The notes below the pieces were generated by a model. It made no database searches, was not told the origin of the DNA, and saw only the letters and a list, made by a program, of their open reading frames with translations. A stretch of DNA of 64,000 bases from Methyloceanibacter sp. (GTDB lineage: Bacteria; Pseudomonadota; Alphaproteobacteria; Rhizobiales; Methyloligellaceae): positions 17,491-81,490 of the forward strand of contig JBBDYM010000038.1 in assembly GCA_040901485.1 (NCBI GenBank). The letters are read 5' to 3'. The position numbers and the translations under genes were made by a program. This document shows, piece after piece, positions 30,348 to 38,647 of this stretch; positions within the stretch are counted from its first letter, which is position 1, and each line of letters opens with the position of its first letter.

Positions 30348-30931
30348 CCCTCTCCCTCCTTGCCGCCCGGTCCGGGCGCGCGCGGAGACGAGGCCATGAT
30401 CGAGGAAACTTGGGGCCGATCTTCGGCATTGATCATCGCTTCGAGAAAATGACGCACCGCCGTTTCGGCCCCGGGGCCGGCCGCCTTGAGCGCGCCGGCA
30501 AGCCTGACAAGCTGCGGCGCGGCAAGGCGCTCGGCGAGCATGCGGCCTCTCTCGGTGGGGAACAGCAGGCGTTCGCGGCGGTCCGAGCTACCCGCCTGCT
30601 GCACGATATAACCCTTGTCGATCAGTTGCTTAAGCACGCGGCTCAAACTCTGCTTGGTGATGGTGAGGATGTCGAGCAGATCGACGACCCTAAGGCCCGA
30701 ATGGCAATTGACGAAATGCAGCACCCGGTGATGCGCCCGGCCGAAGCCGAAATCCTTGAGGATGGCGTCGGGATCGCGCGTAAAATCGCGATAGGCGAAG
30801 AACAGAAGCTCGGCGAATTCGAGCAGCTTTGCCTCGGGCAAGGCCTCTTTGCGGCGTGCGCCGTCATCAACGCGCCGCGTGGATTCGGCAGCTTTCGGGC
30901 CTTGCGTCAGGGGCTCATTTAGGTCAGTCAT
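30344..30931 (-). CDS. MarR family regulator (PetP-like)
   Basis: ELLFFAYRDFT, GRAHHRVLHF, LTITKQSLSRVLKQL and DRRERLL. Confidence 0.9.
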   Translation of the reverse strand: MTDLNEPLTQGPKAAESTRRVDDGARRKEALPEAKLLEFAELLFFAYRDFTRDPDAILKDFGFGRAHHRVLHFVNCHSGLRVVDLLDILTITKQSLSRVLKQLIDKGYIVQQAGSSDRRERLLFPTERGRMLAERLAAPQLVRLAGALKAAGPGAETAVRHFLEAMINAEDRPQVSSIMASSPRAPGPGGKEGEG

Positions 30932-30976
30932 ATTGACTTAGTTTTGGGGCTCGGTTATGTCAGCCATGTTGACTTA
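30923..30976. promoter_or_regulatory. Two GTCA-N7-TGAC quasi-palindromic operators in the MarR/ilvE divergent region
   Basis: GTCAGTCATATTGACTTA (30923-30940) and GTCAGCCATGTTGACTTA (30959-30976), 16/18 identical. Confidence 0.6.
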
Positions 30977-31096
30977 TCTGAGCCATTGATACGCCTCGCC
31001 GCCGGGTCGCGCAATTGCCGTCGCGGATGCTATGAGAGGCGGGAACGAGGCTTCGCGGCCGCGCAGAACGGCCGGTTTCAACGCGGAGGAGAGCTC

Positions 31097-31999
31097 ATGG
31101 CCCCCGTGCCATACGATCAGCGCGACGGCTTTATCTGGCTGAACGGCAAGCTGCTCCCCTGGGGCGACGTCAAGGCTCATGTGCTCACCCATGCACTCCA
31201 TTACGCCAGCGCTGTGTTCGAGGGCATGCGCGCCTATGGCGGTGAGATCTTCAAGCTCACCGACCACGACCAGCGCCTGCACGAATCCGCCAAGATCCTC
31301 GACTTCGAGATTCCCTTTTCCGTGGCCGAGCTGGACAAGGCCGCGCGCGAAGTGTTGCGCGCCAACAAGCTCACCGACGCCTATGTGCGTCCCATCGCCT
31401 GGCGGGGCAGCGAGCAGATGGGCGTCGCCGCGCAGCACACCAAGATCAACGTCGCCATCGCCGCCTGGGATTGGGGCTCTTATTTCGATCCCGCCGCGCG
31501 CGAGAAGGGCTTGCGTCTCGCCATTGCCCAGTACCGCCGTCCCGATCCGCGCACGGCGCCGGTCAAGAGCAAGGCTGCCGGTCTGTACATGATCTGCACC
31601 ATCGAGAAGCACCGTGCGGAGAAAGCGGGTTATGCCGACGCGCTGATGCTCGACTGGCGCGGCCAGATCGCCGAAGCCACCGGCGCCAATATCTTCTTCG
31701 TCAAGGACGGCGTGCTGCATACGCCGCTGCCCGACTGCTTCCTAGACGGCATCACCCGCCGCACCGCGATCGCGCTCGCCAAGCAACGCGGGCTGAAAGT
31801 GATCGAGCGGGCGATCATGCCGGAGGAGATGGCCGAGTTCTCCGAGTGCTTCATCACCGGCACCGCCGCCGAAGTGACGCCGGTCAGCGAGATCGGCGAC
31901 TACAAATTCCCCGTCGGCCCCATTACCAAGACGCTGATGGCCGACTTCACCGCGCTCGTGCATCCGGCACGCGTCCGCGCCGCCGTTGCCGCAGGGTAG
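31097..31999 (+). CDS. ilvE: Branched-chain amino acid aminotransferase (class IV)
   Basis: HALHYASAVFEG, YVRP, KAAGLY, EATGANIF, LDGITR and GTAAEVTPV; GGAGAG RBS before ATG 31097. Confidence 0.93.
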   Translation: MAPVPYDQRDGFIWLNGKLLPWGDVKAHVLTHALHYASAVFEGMRAYGGEIFKLTDHDQRLHESAKILDFEIPFSVAELDKAAREVLRANKLTDAYVRPIAWRGSEQMGVAAQHTKINVAIAAWDWGSYFDPAAREKGLRLAIAQYRRPDPRTAPVKSKAAGLYMICTIEKHRAEKAGYADALMLDWRGQIAEATGANIFFVKDGVLHTPLPDCFLDGITRRTAIALAKQRGLKVIERAIMPEEMAEFSECFITGTAAEVTPVSEIGDYKFPVGPITKTLMADFTALVHPARVRAAVAAG

Positions 32000-32543
32000 A
32001 GGGCCTCGGGGGCGCATCTCGCGCCTGAGCAAAGGGTCACATCAAGTGCCGCCGGGGAAACGCAAATCTCTGAGAGATGCAGAAGCCACAAAGCAGGCGC
32101 ACGAAACGACGTTGAAGTCGTTCGATGCTCTCTTATTCACTATCAAGGCGGCTCTGGTTGTCAACGGTGGCGCGGCAATCGCACTGATCGCGCTTCTCAA
32201 TACCGTCCCCAAAGATCAGCCATTACTTTCCCTTGAGTTCAATCTCGATCTCATCCGCGCCTTGCTCTACTTCTGGCTCGGGGTCTGCAGTGCGCTCATT
32301 GCTGGGCTCTGCAATTATTGGTACCTGAGAGATTACAAAGCATCGTATGGGAAAATCATTGGAGTGCTTTGTACTGTTTTCCAAACTGGATCTGTCTTGG
32401 CCTTCATGGTGGGTACCGCGCGGGCGGTCAATGCATTCATGAATTTGAATTCCAGCTACCTGGATATCTTGCGTAAGAGTCTCAGCACGGAGTGAAATCC
32501 CATTCACCGCGCTCACCCATCCGGCACGCGTCCACGCCGCCGT
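31946..32543 (+). repeat. Degenerate 41-bp direct repeat (31946-31986 and 32503-32543) duplicating the ilvE 3' end
   Basis: TTCACCGCGCTCgtgCATCCGGCACGCGTCCgCGCCGCCGT vs TTCACCGCGCTCaccCATCCGGCACGCGTCCaCGCCGCCGT, 37/41 identical. Confidence 0.8.
32046..32495 (+). CDS. Hypothetical membrane protein (3 TM), visibly lower GC
   Basis: LVVNGGAAIALIALL and two further hydrophobic segments; start uncertain (track gives 31986, in-frame GTG at 32046). Confidence 0.6.
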   Translation: MPPGKRKSLRDAEATKQAHETTLKSFDALLFTIKAALVVNGGAAIALIALLNTVPKDQPLLSLEFNLDLIRALLYFWLGVCSALIAGLCNYWYLRDYKASYGKIIGVLCTVFQTGSVLAFMVGTARAVNAFMNLNSSYLDILRKSLSTE

Positions 32544-32558
32544 CGGGGGCTACGCCGT

Positions 32559-33044
32559 TCACGGATCGGGGAACGTGCCTGGAGGCAGATCTTTGTTCGC
32601 CACCCACTCGATGCATTTGGGCAACTCGCCGTCGGTCTCGATGAATTCCTTCACCGCTTCGTAGGCGTCGGGAAAGGGAATGAAAAGACCTACGGGCAGA
32701 GGGTCGTTGTGCAGATTGCGCACCCACTCCGTCAGGCGGCTCATATCGCCCTTTGACGTGTAGGCCTCCTGATAGCCGCCGCCGTACTTGTGGTAGATCA
32801 GGAGCACTCCCAACCCAGGTATGCCATAGATGTGTAGGTCTAGGTCGACACGATGGCCGGCAAGGTGGTCTTCGTTCTCTGTGCCGTACAAACCCTTGGC
32901 CGAGAGACCTGCGGTATCGTTACCGCCTGTGTGGAACCCCTCTTCACCGGGAGGCCCAAAAAAATAGGGCTTCAGGTCGTGCGGGTCCGGCCAGCCCGCG
33001 TGATCGTATTTGTCGAAATATATCCGCTTCCGCATCACCTTCAC
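32559..33044 (-). CDS. Imm1-like polymorphic-toxin immunity protein
   Basis: C-terminal LFIPFPDAYEAVKEFIETDGELPKCIEW matches the Imm1 pattern; starts immediately after the toxin-fragment stop. Confidence 0.7.
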   Translation of the reverse strand: MKVMRKRIYFDKYDHAGWPDPHDLKPYFFGPPGEEGFHTGGNDTAGLSAKGLYGTENEDHLAGHRVDLDLHIYGIPGLGVLLIYHKYGGGYQEAYTSKGDMSRLTEWVRNLHNDPLPVGLFIPFPDAYEAVKEFIETDGELPKCIEWVANKDLPPGTFPDP

Positions 33045-33302
33045 CTACTCAATCCAATCCCCATCGCGCATCGTACGGACACGTCCGGTCGGTTCGATGA
33101 ACGTGACGGTTGGATTGCCCAACTCCAGCCCGATGTACGGCAGGATCTCTTTGCAGCTCCAGCATATCTTGCGGTCGACGTGGACCTCGATCGTCTTGCC
33201 CGCCAGAGTCCCTCCGTTTGCGCATGCTGCTCTCAGAAGGCATGTGGTTTCGGCGTGGTAGATGGCGTTGTTTGGAATTTGCCCAATGTTGTCGGTTTTC
33301 AT
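33045..33302 (-). pseudogene. Truncated zinc-dependent deaminase toxin domain (orphan toxin tip)
   Basis: HAE followed by DRKICWSC (CxxC) deaminase signature; only 85 aa, with an in-frame TAG 18 codons upstream and no secretion domain. Confidence 0.65.
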
Positions 33303-33407
33303 GCGACTGGGGTATGAATGGGGTAACGCGAGCGCAGTGGATCGAAGAGTTATCTACAGCGTGAGGCAAGCGGGCGCGGGCTCTGATCCATGCTAGGGTC
33401 GCCGGCC

Positions 33408-34097
33408 ATGGAGAGTTCCGCCAAGCAATTCGAGCAGCGACCGGGGGAACGGGTTGCAACCTACCCCCCAGACTTTGACTCGAAATTTCGCGCACAACTG
33501 CTTGACCTCTTGAAATGGCGGCGGGATGTGCGGCGGTTCAAGCGCGATGCGCTGCCGCAAGGAACCATCGAGCGCCTGCTCGCCATTGCTTCCCTCGCAC
33601 CATCGGTCGGCTTGAGCGAGCCATGGCGTTTCGTGGTGATCGAGGACGCGACGCGCCGCGCCGCCATCCGCCAATGCTTCGAGGACTGCAACGCGCACGC
33701 GCTGCAAATGCAGACGCCGGACCGCGCCGCGCTCTATGCGCGGCTCAAGCTTGCCGGTCTCGACGACGCGCCCGGCCAGATCGCCGTGTTCGCCGACCAC
33801 GCCACGGCGCAAGGCAACGGGCTCGGCCGGCTCACCATGCCGCAGACCCTCGACTATTCGGTGGCCATCGCCATCCACACGCTGTGGCTCGCAGCGCGCG
33901 CCGAAGGGCTCGGCGTCGGCTGGGTGTCGATCCTCGATCCGGTGCGCATCGCGGCGATCCTCGACGTGCCACGAGACTGGAGCTTCATCGGCCATCTCTG
34001 CCTCGGTCATCCGGAAGCGGCGGACGACACGCCGGCCTTGGAGCGGGCCGGCTGGGAGCACCGCCACCCTCCAACGAACGTCGTTCTCTATCGCTGA
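33408..34097 (+). CDS. bluB: 5,6-dimethylbenzimidazole synthase
   Basis: WRRDVRRF, APSVGLSEPWRF, LKLAGL and LWLAARAEGLGVGWVSI; start 33390 or 33408. Confidence 0.9.
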   Translation: MESSAKQFEQRPGERVATYPPDFDSKFRAQLLDLLKWRRDVRRFKRDALPQGTIERLLAIASLAPSVGLSEPWRFVVIEDATRRAAIRQCFEDCNAHALQMQTPDRAALYARLKLAGLDDAPGQIAVFADHATAQGNGLGRLTMPQTLDYSVAIAIHTLWLAARAEGLGVGWVSILDPVRIAAILDVPRDWSFIGHLCLGHPEAADDTPALERAGWEHRHPPTNVVLYR

Positions 34098-34166
34098 TCG
34101 GCGCTTGATCCCAGCCTACGCAAAAGGCACTCTAGGGTTGCGGCAGGATCGCCGCTTAGGGGGGCA

Positions 34167-34487
34167 ATGTTGCGCAAGACCTGGCTGATGCTGATTGTGG
34201 CCGGCCTGATGGCGGCCGGTTTCGGCCTGTTCGCGTCAAGCGATACGCGAGCCGCGCCGCCTGCGCCGATCGCCGATGCAATCCCGCGCCAGCCGCTCGC
34301 AACGCCGGTGCGCGTGTGGAAGGATTGCCAGGCCATCGCCATGTGCACCGGCTGCCGCCCAGTCTATCGCTGCCGCTCTTGCACCTATCAGAAGACCTGC
34401 CGGCGTGGCCTGTGCAGTTGGGGCGATGTTTGCGTGTGGGGGCCTTACGTGAAGGTCCTGCCGCGCGGCGGGCGCATCATCCGCTAG
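34167..34487 (+). CDS. Small secreted cysteine-rich cationic protein
   Basis: Signal peptide, Pro/Ala linker and an 8-Cys C-terminal domain. Confidence 0.7.
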   Translation: MLRKTWLMLIVAGLMAAGFGLFASSDTRAAPPAPIADAIPRQPLATPVRVWKDCQAIAMCTGCRPVYRCRSCTYQKTCRRGLCSWGDVCVWGPYVKVLPRGGRIIR

Positions 34488-34606
34488 GCGGAACCACTCT
34501 GGTCCTCGCGCGGTATGAGCGTCTTGATCAAATACATGCTATTCTTGATCTGCAACGGGGCCTTGGCTACCGTTGTAAAGAAACTTTAGCCGAATGACGG
34601 AACGCA

Positions 34607-36979
34607 TTGTTGGATGATCCCAGCGAGCAGACGATCCGGCTAGGGCCGCCGCGGCCCTCGCTCATCATGCGGCCCGGCATGCCCGCGCTCGCTCCTGGCG
34701 AGGAGCGCTACATCGTACCAGGCGGCGGCGCCATCGCCGTTGAGATCCACGCCGGCGACCGTATGCGCGTCATCGATGTCGAAGGCATGCAGCCTTGCGA
34801 GGTCGTGGCGGTCGACGCGGCCGGCGCAATCGATCCTGACATCTTGGGCGCGCGCGGAGACGGCGATGCGGCAGGCTTGAAGCAAATCCTGAGCGCGGAT
34901 GACGAAAGCGTGCGTTCCGTCCGCTCCGGGCTCGAGCGGCGCGGCGTCGATCTCGCTACCGCCCGTGCCGTCACCCTGTTCGGCGGCGAGTCCCGCGCCG
35001 GAAACGCAGTCGAGTTCACTGTCTCGCGCGATGGTCTGTTGATCGTTGCCGCGCCCGGCGCGCCGATGGAAGCCGGAGCCCAGGATACGGCGACGCCGAT
35101 CCGCGTTCACATCTGGCGGAGCCGCATCCGCCCAGCGCATGAGACGCTTCTGCCGGAGCCTCTCGCTGATCCGCTGCATGATATCCGCATCGATCAATCG
35201 ACAGCCCAGGCTTATTTTGTGCGCGCCGGTGAATTCATCCAGATCATCGACATCGCCGGGCGGCAATGCACAGACTTCCAGTGCTTTGCCGCACGCAAGC
35301 TCGACAAGGGGCTGGAGCACCCGCTCGACGTCACCACGACGCGCGCGCTGATGGGCCAGAGCTATCCGCTTCCTGGCCTGTTCTCCAAAGCCTTCGACCA
35401 AAGCATGGAGCCCCTGGTCGAGGTGGTCCGCGATACCGTTGGGCGTCACGATGCCTTCGGGCTCGCCTGCAACGCGCGCTACTACGAGGACCGCGGCTAT
35501 CCTGGCCACATCAATTGCAGCGACAACTTCAACGCTCAGCTTGAGCCTTATGGTATTGGCCCGCGCAGAGGCTGGATGGCGCTCAACTTCTTTTACAATA
35601 CCGGCATTGACGCGCAGAACGTGCTCTATTTCGATGAGCCGTGGTCGCGTCCGGGCGACTACGTCCTGCTGCGAGCCCTCACTGATATCGTCTGTGTCTC
35701 GTCATCTTGTCCGGACGACATCGATCCTGCCAATGGTTGGGTGCCTACCGACATCCATGTGCGCACCTATTCGGACAAACAGAGCTTCTCCAGAGCGGTG
35801 GCCTATAGAATGACGCCTGATGCCGAACCTCAACTCACCCGCGAGACCGCGTTCCATCCCCGCTTCTCGGCGCTAACGCGCAGCTACTCCGAATATCGCG
35901 GCTATTGGCTGCCGACCGGGTTCTCAAACGACGGGCCGGTCGCCGAATACTGGGCCTGCCGCGAACGCGCGGTCATTATGGATCTTTCACCCTTGCGCAA
36001 GTTCGAGGTGACCGGTCCCGATGCGGAGTCGCTTCTGCAATACGCGCTCACTCGCAACGTCCGGAAGCTTGCGGTCGGCCAGGTCGTCTACACCGCCATG
36101 TGCTACGAGCACGGCGGCATGATCGATGACGGCACGTTGTTCCGGCTCGGCGACAACAATTTCCGCTGGATCGGTGGCGTCGACTATAGCGGCATCTGGC
36201 TGCGCGAGCAGGCCGAGAAACTCGGTCTCAAGGCCTGGATACGCTCGTCGACCGACCAGCTTCACAACATTGCCGTGCAAGGGCCGAAGAGCCGCGAGAT
36301 CTTGCGGGAGGTCATCTGGACGCCGCCGGCGCAGCCGACATTAGAAGAGCTCGGCTGGTTCCGCTTCACTATCGGACGGATCGGCGGATTTGACGGCGCG
36401 CCGGTGGTGGTGTCGCGCACCGGCTATACCGGCGAGCTCGGCTACGAAATTTTCTGCCACCCCAAGGATGCCCTCACCGTATTCGACGCGGTCTGGCAGG
36501 CCGGTGAGCCGCATGGGTTGATGCCATTCGGGCTGCAAGCGCTCGACATGGTGCGCATCGAGGCCGGCCTGGTCTTTGCCGGCTATGAGTTCTGCGATCA
36601 GACCGACCCGTTCGAGGCGGGTATCGGCTTCACCGTGGCGCTGAAGGGGAAGAACGAGGACTTCATCGGCCGCGAGGCGTTGGTCCGGCGGAGCGAGCAC
36701 CCGCAAAGGAAGCTTGTCGGCCTTGAGATGGAGGGCGACGAGCTTGTCGGCCACGGTGACTGTGTCCATGTCGGCCGCGCCCAGATCGGCGTGATCACCA
36801 GCGCCACGCGCTCGCCAATCCTGAAAAAGACGATCGCGCTCGCCAGGGTCGACGTCGCCCATTCCGAGGTCGGGACACAAGTCGAGGTGGGCAAGCTGGA
36901 CGGCCAGCAGAAGCGGCTACCGGCGCGCATCGTGCGCTTCCCGCACTACGATCCCGAGAAGACGCGGGTACGTGGCTGA
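34607..36979 (+). CDS. tdm: Trimethylamine N-oxide demethylase (DUF1989 plus GcvT-like aminomethyltransferase domains)
   Basis: N-terminal DUF1989-type region (GRQCTDFQ, DTVGRHDAFGLAC, GHINCSDNFN, SSSCPDDID) fused to a THF-binding GcvT fold (DLSPLRKFEV, SRTGYTGELGYE, RIEAG); adjacent to tmm. Confidence 0.85.
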   Translation: MLDDPSEQTIRLGPPRPSLIMRPGMPALAPGEERYIVPGGGAIAVEIHAGDRMRVIDVEGMQPCEVVAVDAAGAIDPDILGARGDGDAAGLKQILSADDESVRSVRSGLERRGVDLATARAVTLFGGESRAGNAVEFTVSRDGLLIVAAPGAPMEAGAQDTATPIRVHIWRSRIRPAHETLLPEPLADPLHDIRIDQSTAQAYFVRAGEFIQIIDIAGRQCTDFQCFAARKLDKGLEHPLDVTTTRALMGQSYPLPGLFSKAFDQSMEPLVEVVRDTVGRHDAFGLACNARYYEDRGYPGHINCSDNFNAQLEPYGIGPRRGWMALNFFYNTGIDAQNVLYFDEPWSRPGDYVLLRALTDIVCVSSSCPDDIDPANGWVPTDIHVRTYSDKQSFSRAVAYRMTPDAEPQLTRETAFHPRFSALTRSYSEYRGYWLPTGFSNDGPVAEYWACRERAVIMDLSPLRKFEVTGPDAESLLQYALTRNVRKLAVGQVVYTAMCYEHGGMIDDGTLFRLGDNNFRWIGGVDYSGIWLREQAEKLGLKAWIRSSTDQLHNIAVQGPKSREILREVIWTPPAQPTLEELGWFRFTIGRIGGFDGAPVVVSRTGYTGELGYEIFCHPKDALTVFDAVWQAGEPHGLMPFGLQALDMVRIEAGLVFAGYEFCDQTDPFEAGIGFTVALKGKNEDFIGREALVRRSEHPQRKLVGLEMEGDELVGHGDCVHVGRAQIGVITSATRSPILKKTIALARVDVAHSEVGTQVEVGKLDGQQKRLPARIVRFPHYDPEKTRVRG

Positions 36980-36994
36980 GACGCAGCGGGAAAG

Positions 36995-38356
36995 CTATTC
37001 CGCCGCCGCCTGACCTTTGACCGCGAGAAACGCCTGCATCGAGTCGTCCATCGCCTCAAGCCACGGCGTGTGATGAACCGGCGCCATGGTGCCCGTGCAG
37101 GGCGATTTGAATGCCTTGTTGCGGTAGCCGACGATGGAATGCGCCTTGTCGTGCTCCCATTCCTTGAACTCCGCCACCGTCATGTCGATGTCGAATTTGG
37201 GATAGTCGGTCACGGCGCAAAGGTCGCGCACATAATCGCCCTGGAAGTCGATCTTCTCTAAGGCGTCCTTCAAAGCTTCCTCGCGCTTCACCCAGGCGTC
37301 GTCATCCTTTTGCATCTCCGCCTTGGACGGTAGCTTGATCCGGCCGAGGATCACATCCCGCGAATACCAAGCCTGCGCATCGAACATCGAGAACGTATAA
37401 AACTGATCCTGCATCCCGAGATAAGCGACCTTCGGATTATCGATCCAGAAGATGCCTTTGTAGAGATGGGGCGGGTGCATGCGGTTATGGGTGCGTAGCT
37501 TCAGCTCGTCAGGCAGGAACGGGAAGTGGTGCTGATAGCCTGTGCAGAGGATGATGGCGTCGAACTCCTTGCTCGAGCCGTCCTTGAAGTGAACCGTCTT
37601 GCCATCGATCTTGGTGAGCAGCGGCCGCTCGTCCATGCCCTTCGGCCATTTGAAGCCCATCGGCTGCGTGCGCCAGCATAGGGTGACCGATTTCGCTCCG
37701 TATTTGTGGCATTGCAGGCCGATGTCCTCGGCCGAGTAGCTGGCACCGACCACGAGTAGATCCTTGCCCTTGAACTCGTCGGCGCTGCGGAAGTCATGGG
37801 AATGAAGGACGCGCCCAGGAAACGACTCAACGCCGGGGAAATGCGGCACGTTCGGCACGGAGAAATGGCCGGTGGCAACCACCACCCAGTCGAACTGTTC
37901 CGTGCTCAGCTTGCGGTCCGGCAGATGCTCGACGGTCACCGAGAACTTTCCCGTGTCCTTGTCAAACGTGACGAGGCGCACGGCCGTGTTGAACTTGATC
38001 CAGGGTCGCACATTGGCGTCCTCGGCGCGGCCGACGATGTAATCGTAGAGCACCTCGCGTGGCGGAAATGAGGGGATCGGCTTCTTGAAATGTTGGTCGA
38101 AGGTATAGTCGGCGAACTCCAGAACTTCCTTCGGACCGTTCGACCACAGATACCGGTACATGCTGCAATGAACCGGCTCTCCATGCTCGTCGGTGCCTGA
38201 ACGCCAGGTGTAGTTCCACAAGCCGCCCCAATCGCTCTGCTTCTCGAAGCAAACGATCTCGGGGATCGCCGCCCATTTGCTTTGTGCTTGCTGGAATGCG
38301 CGCAATTCGCTGAGGCCGCACGGCCCCGCCCCAATGACGGCAACACGACCTGTCAT
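36995..38356 (-). CDS. tmm: Trimethylamine monooxygenase (bacterial flavin-containing monooxygenase)
   Basis: [38 protein letters not shown] fingerprint [22 protein letters not shown] and FDAQAW. Confidence 0.9.
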   Translation of the reverse strand: MTGRVAVIGAGPCGLSELRAFQQAQSKWAAIPEIVCFEKQSDWGGLWNYTWRSGTDEHGEPVHCSMYRYLWSNGPKEVLEFADYTFDQHFKKPIPSFPPREVLYDYIVGRAEDANVRPWIKFNTAVRLVTFDKDTGKFSVTVEHLPDRKLSTEQFDWVVVATGHFSVPNVPHFPGVESFPGRVLHSHDFRSADEFKGKDLLVVGASYSAEDIGLQCHKYGAKSVTLCWRTQPMGFKWPKGMDERPLLTKIDGKTVHFKDGSSKEFDAIILCTGYQHHFPFLPDELKLRTHNRMHPPHLYKGIFWIDNPKVAYLGMQDQFYTFSMFDAQAWYSRDVILGRIKLPSKAEMQKDDDAWVKREEALKDALEKIDFQGDYVRDLCAVTDYPKFDIDMTVAEFKEWEHDKAHSIVGYRNKAFKSPCTGTMAPVHHTPWLEAMDDSMQAFLAVKGQAAAE

Positions 38357-38473
38357 GACTAACTCCCTCGCTCGTTCCGACCTGTAGCCCGAAAGATTAC
38401 ATCACAGCCAGCGGCGGCTCGACCACCAAACCAGTTTGTCACTTTAAGACGCCATTCTAAGCGGCGCCATTCC

Positions 38474-38508
38474 AAACCAAAGTGGCTCCCCGAAACCAAA
38501 GTGGCTCC
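38474..38508. promoter_or_regulatory. Perfect 16-bp direct repeat in the tmm/ABC divergent promoter region
   Basis: AAACCAAAGTGGCTCC at 38474-38489 and 38493-38508. Confidence 0.55.
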
Positions 38509-38647
38509 TATTGCCCTTGGGTCGGCAAGGGGTCTAAGCTTTCATCCGCATTGCCCGTACGCTGCCGCAAACGTTTCTTGGGCAAGAGGCGTAAAGTCCG
38601 GCCGCCCTTTCCGACGGTCGTACCGCCGTCGATGTGGAGGGATACCA

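Noticed and set aside
34607-36979. Calling this gene a second gcvT
   Set aside because: It has a long DUF1989-type N-terminal region and sits beside tmm; the true gcvT is at 62431..63585.
38450-38508. Short direct repeats as a mini-CRISPR
   Set aside because: Only two copies of 11-16 bp with 3-4 bp gaps, no spacers and no cas genes.
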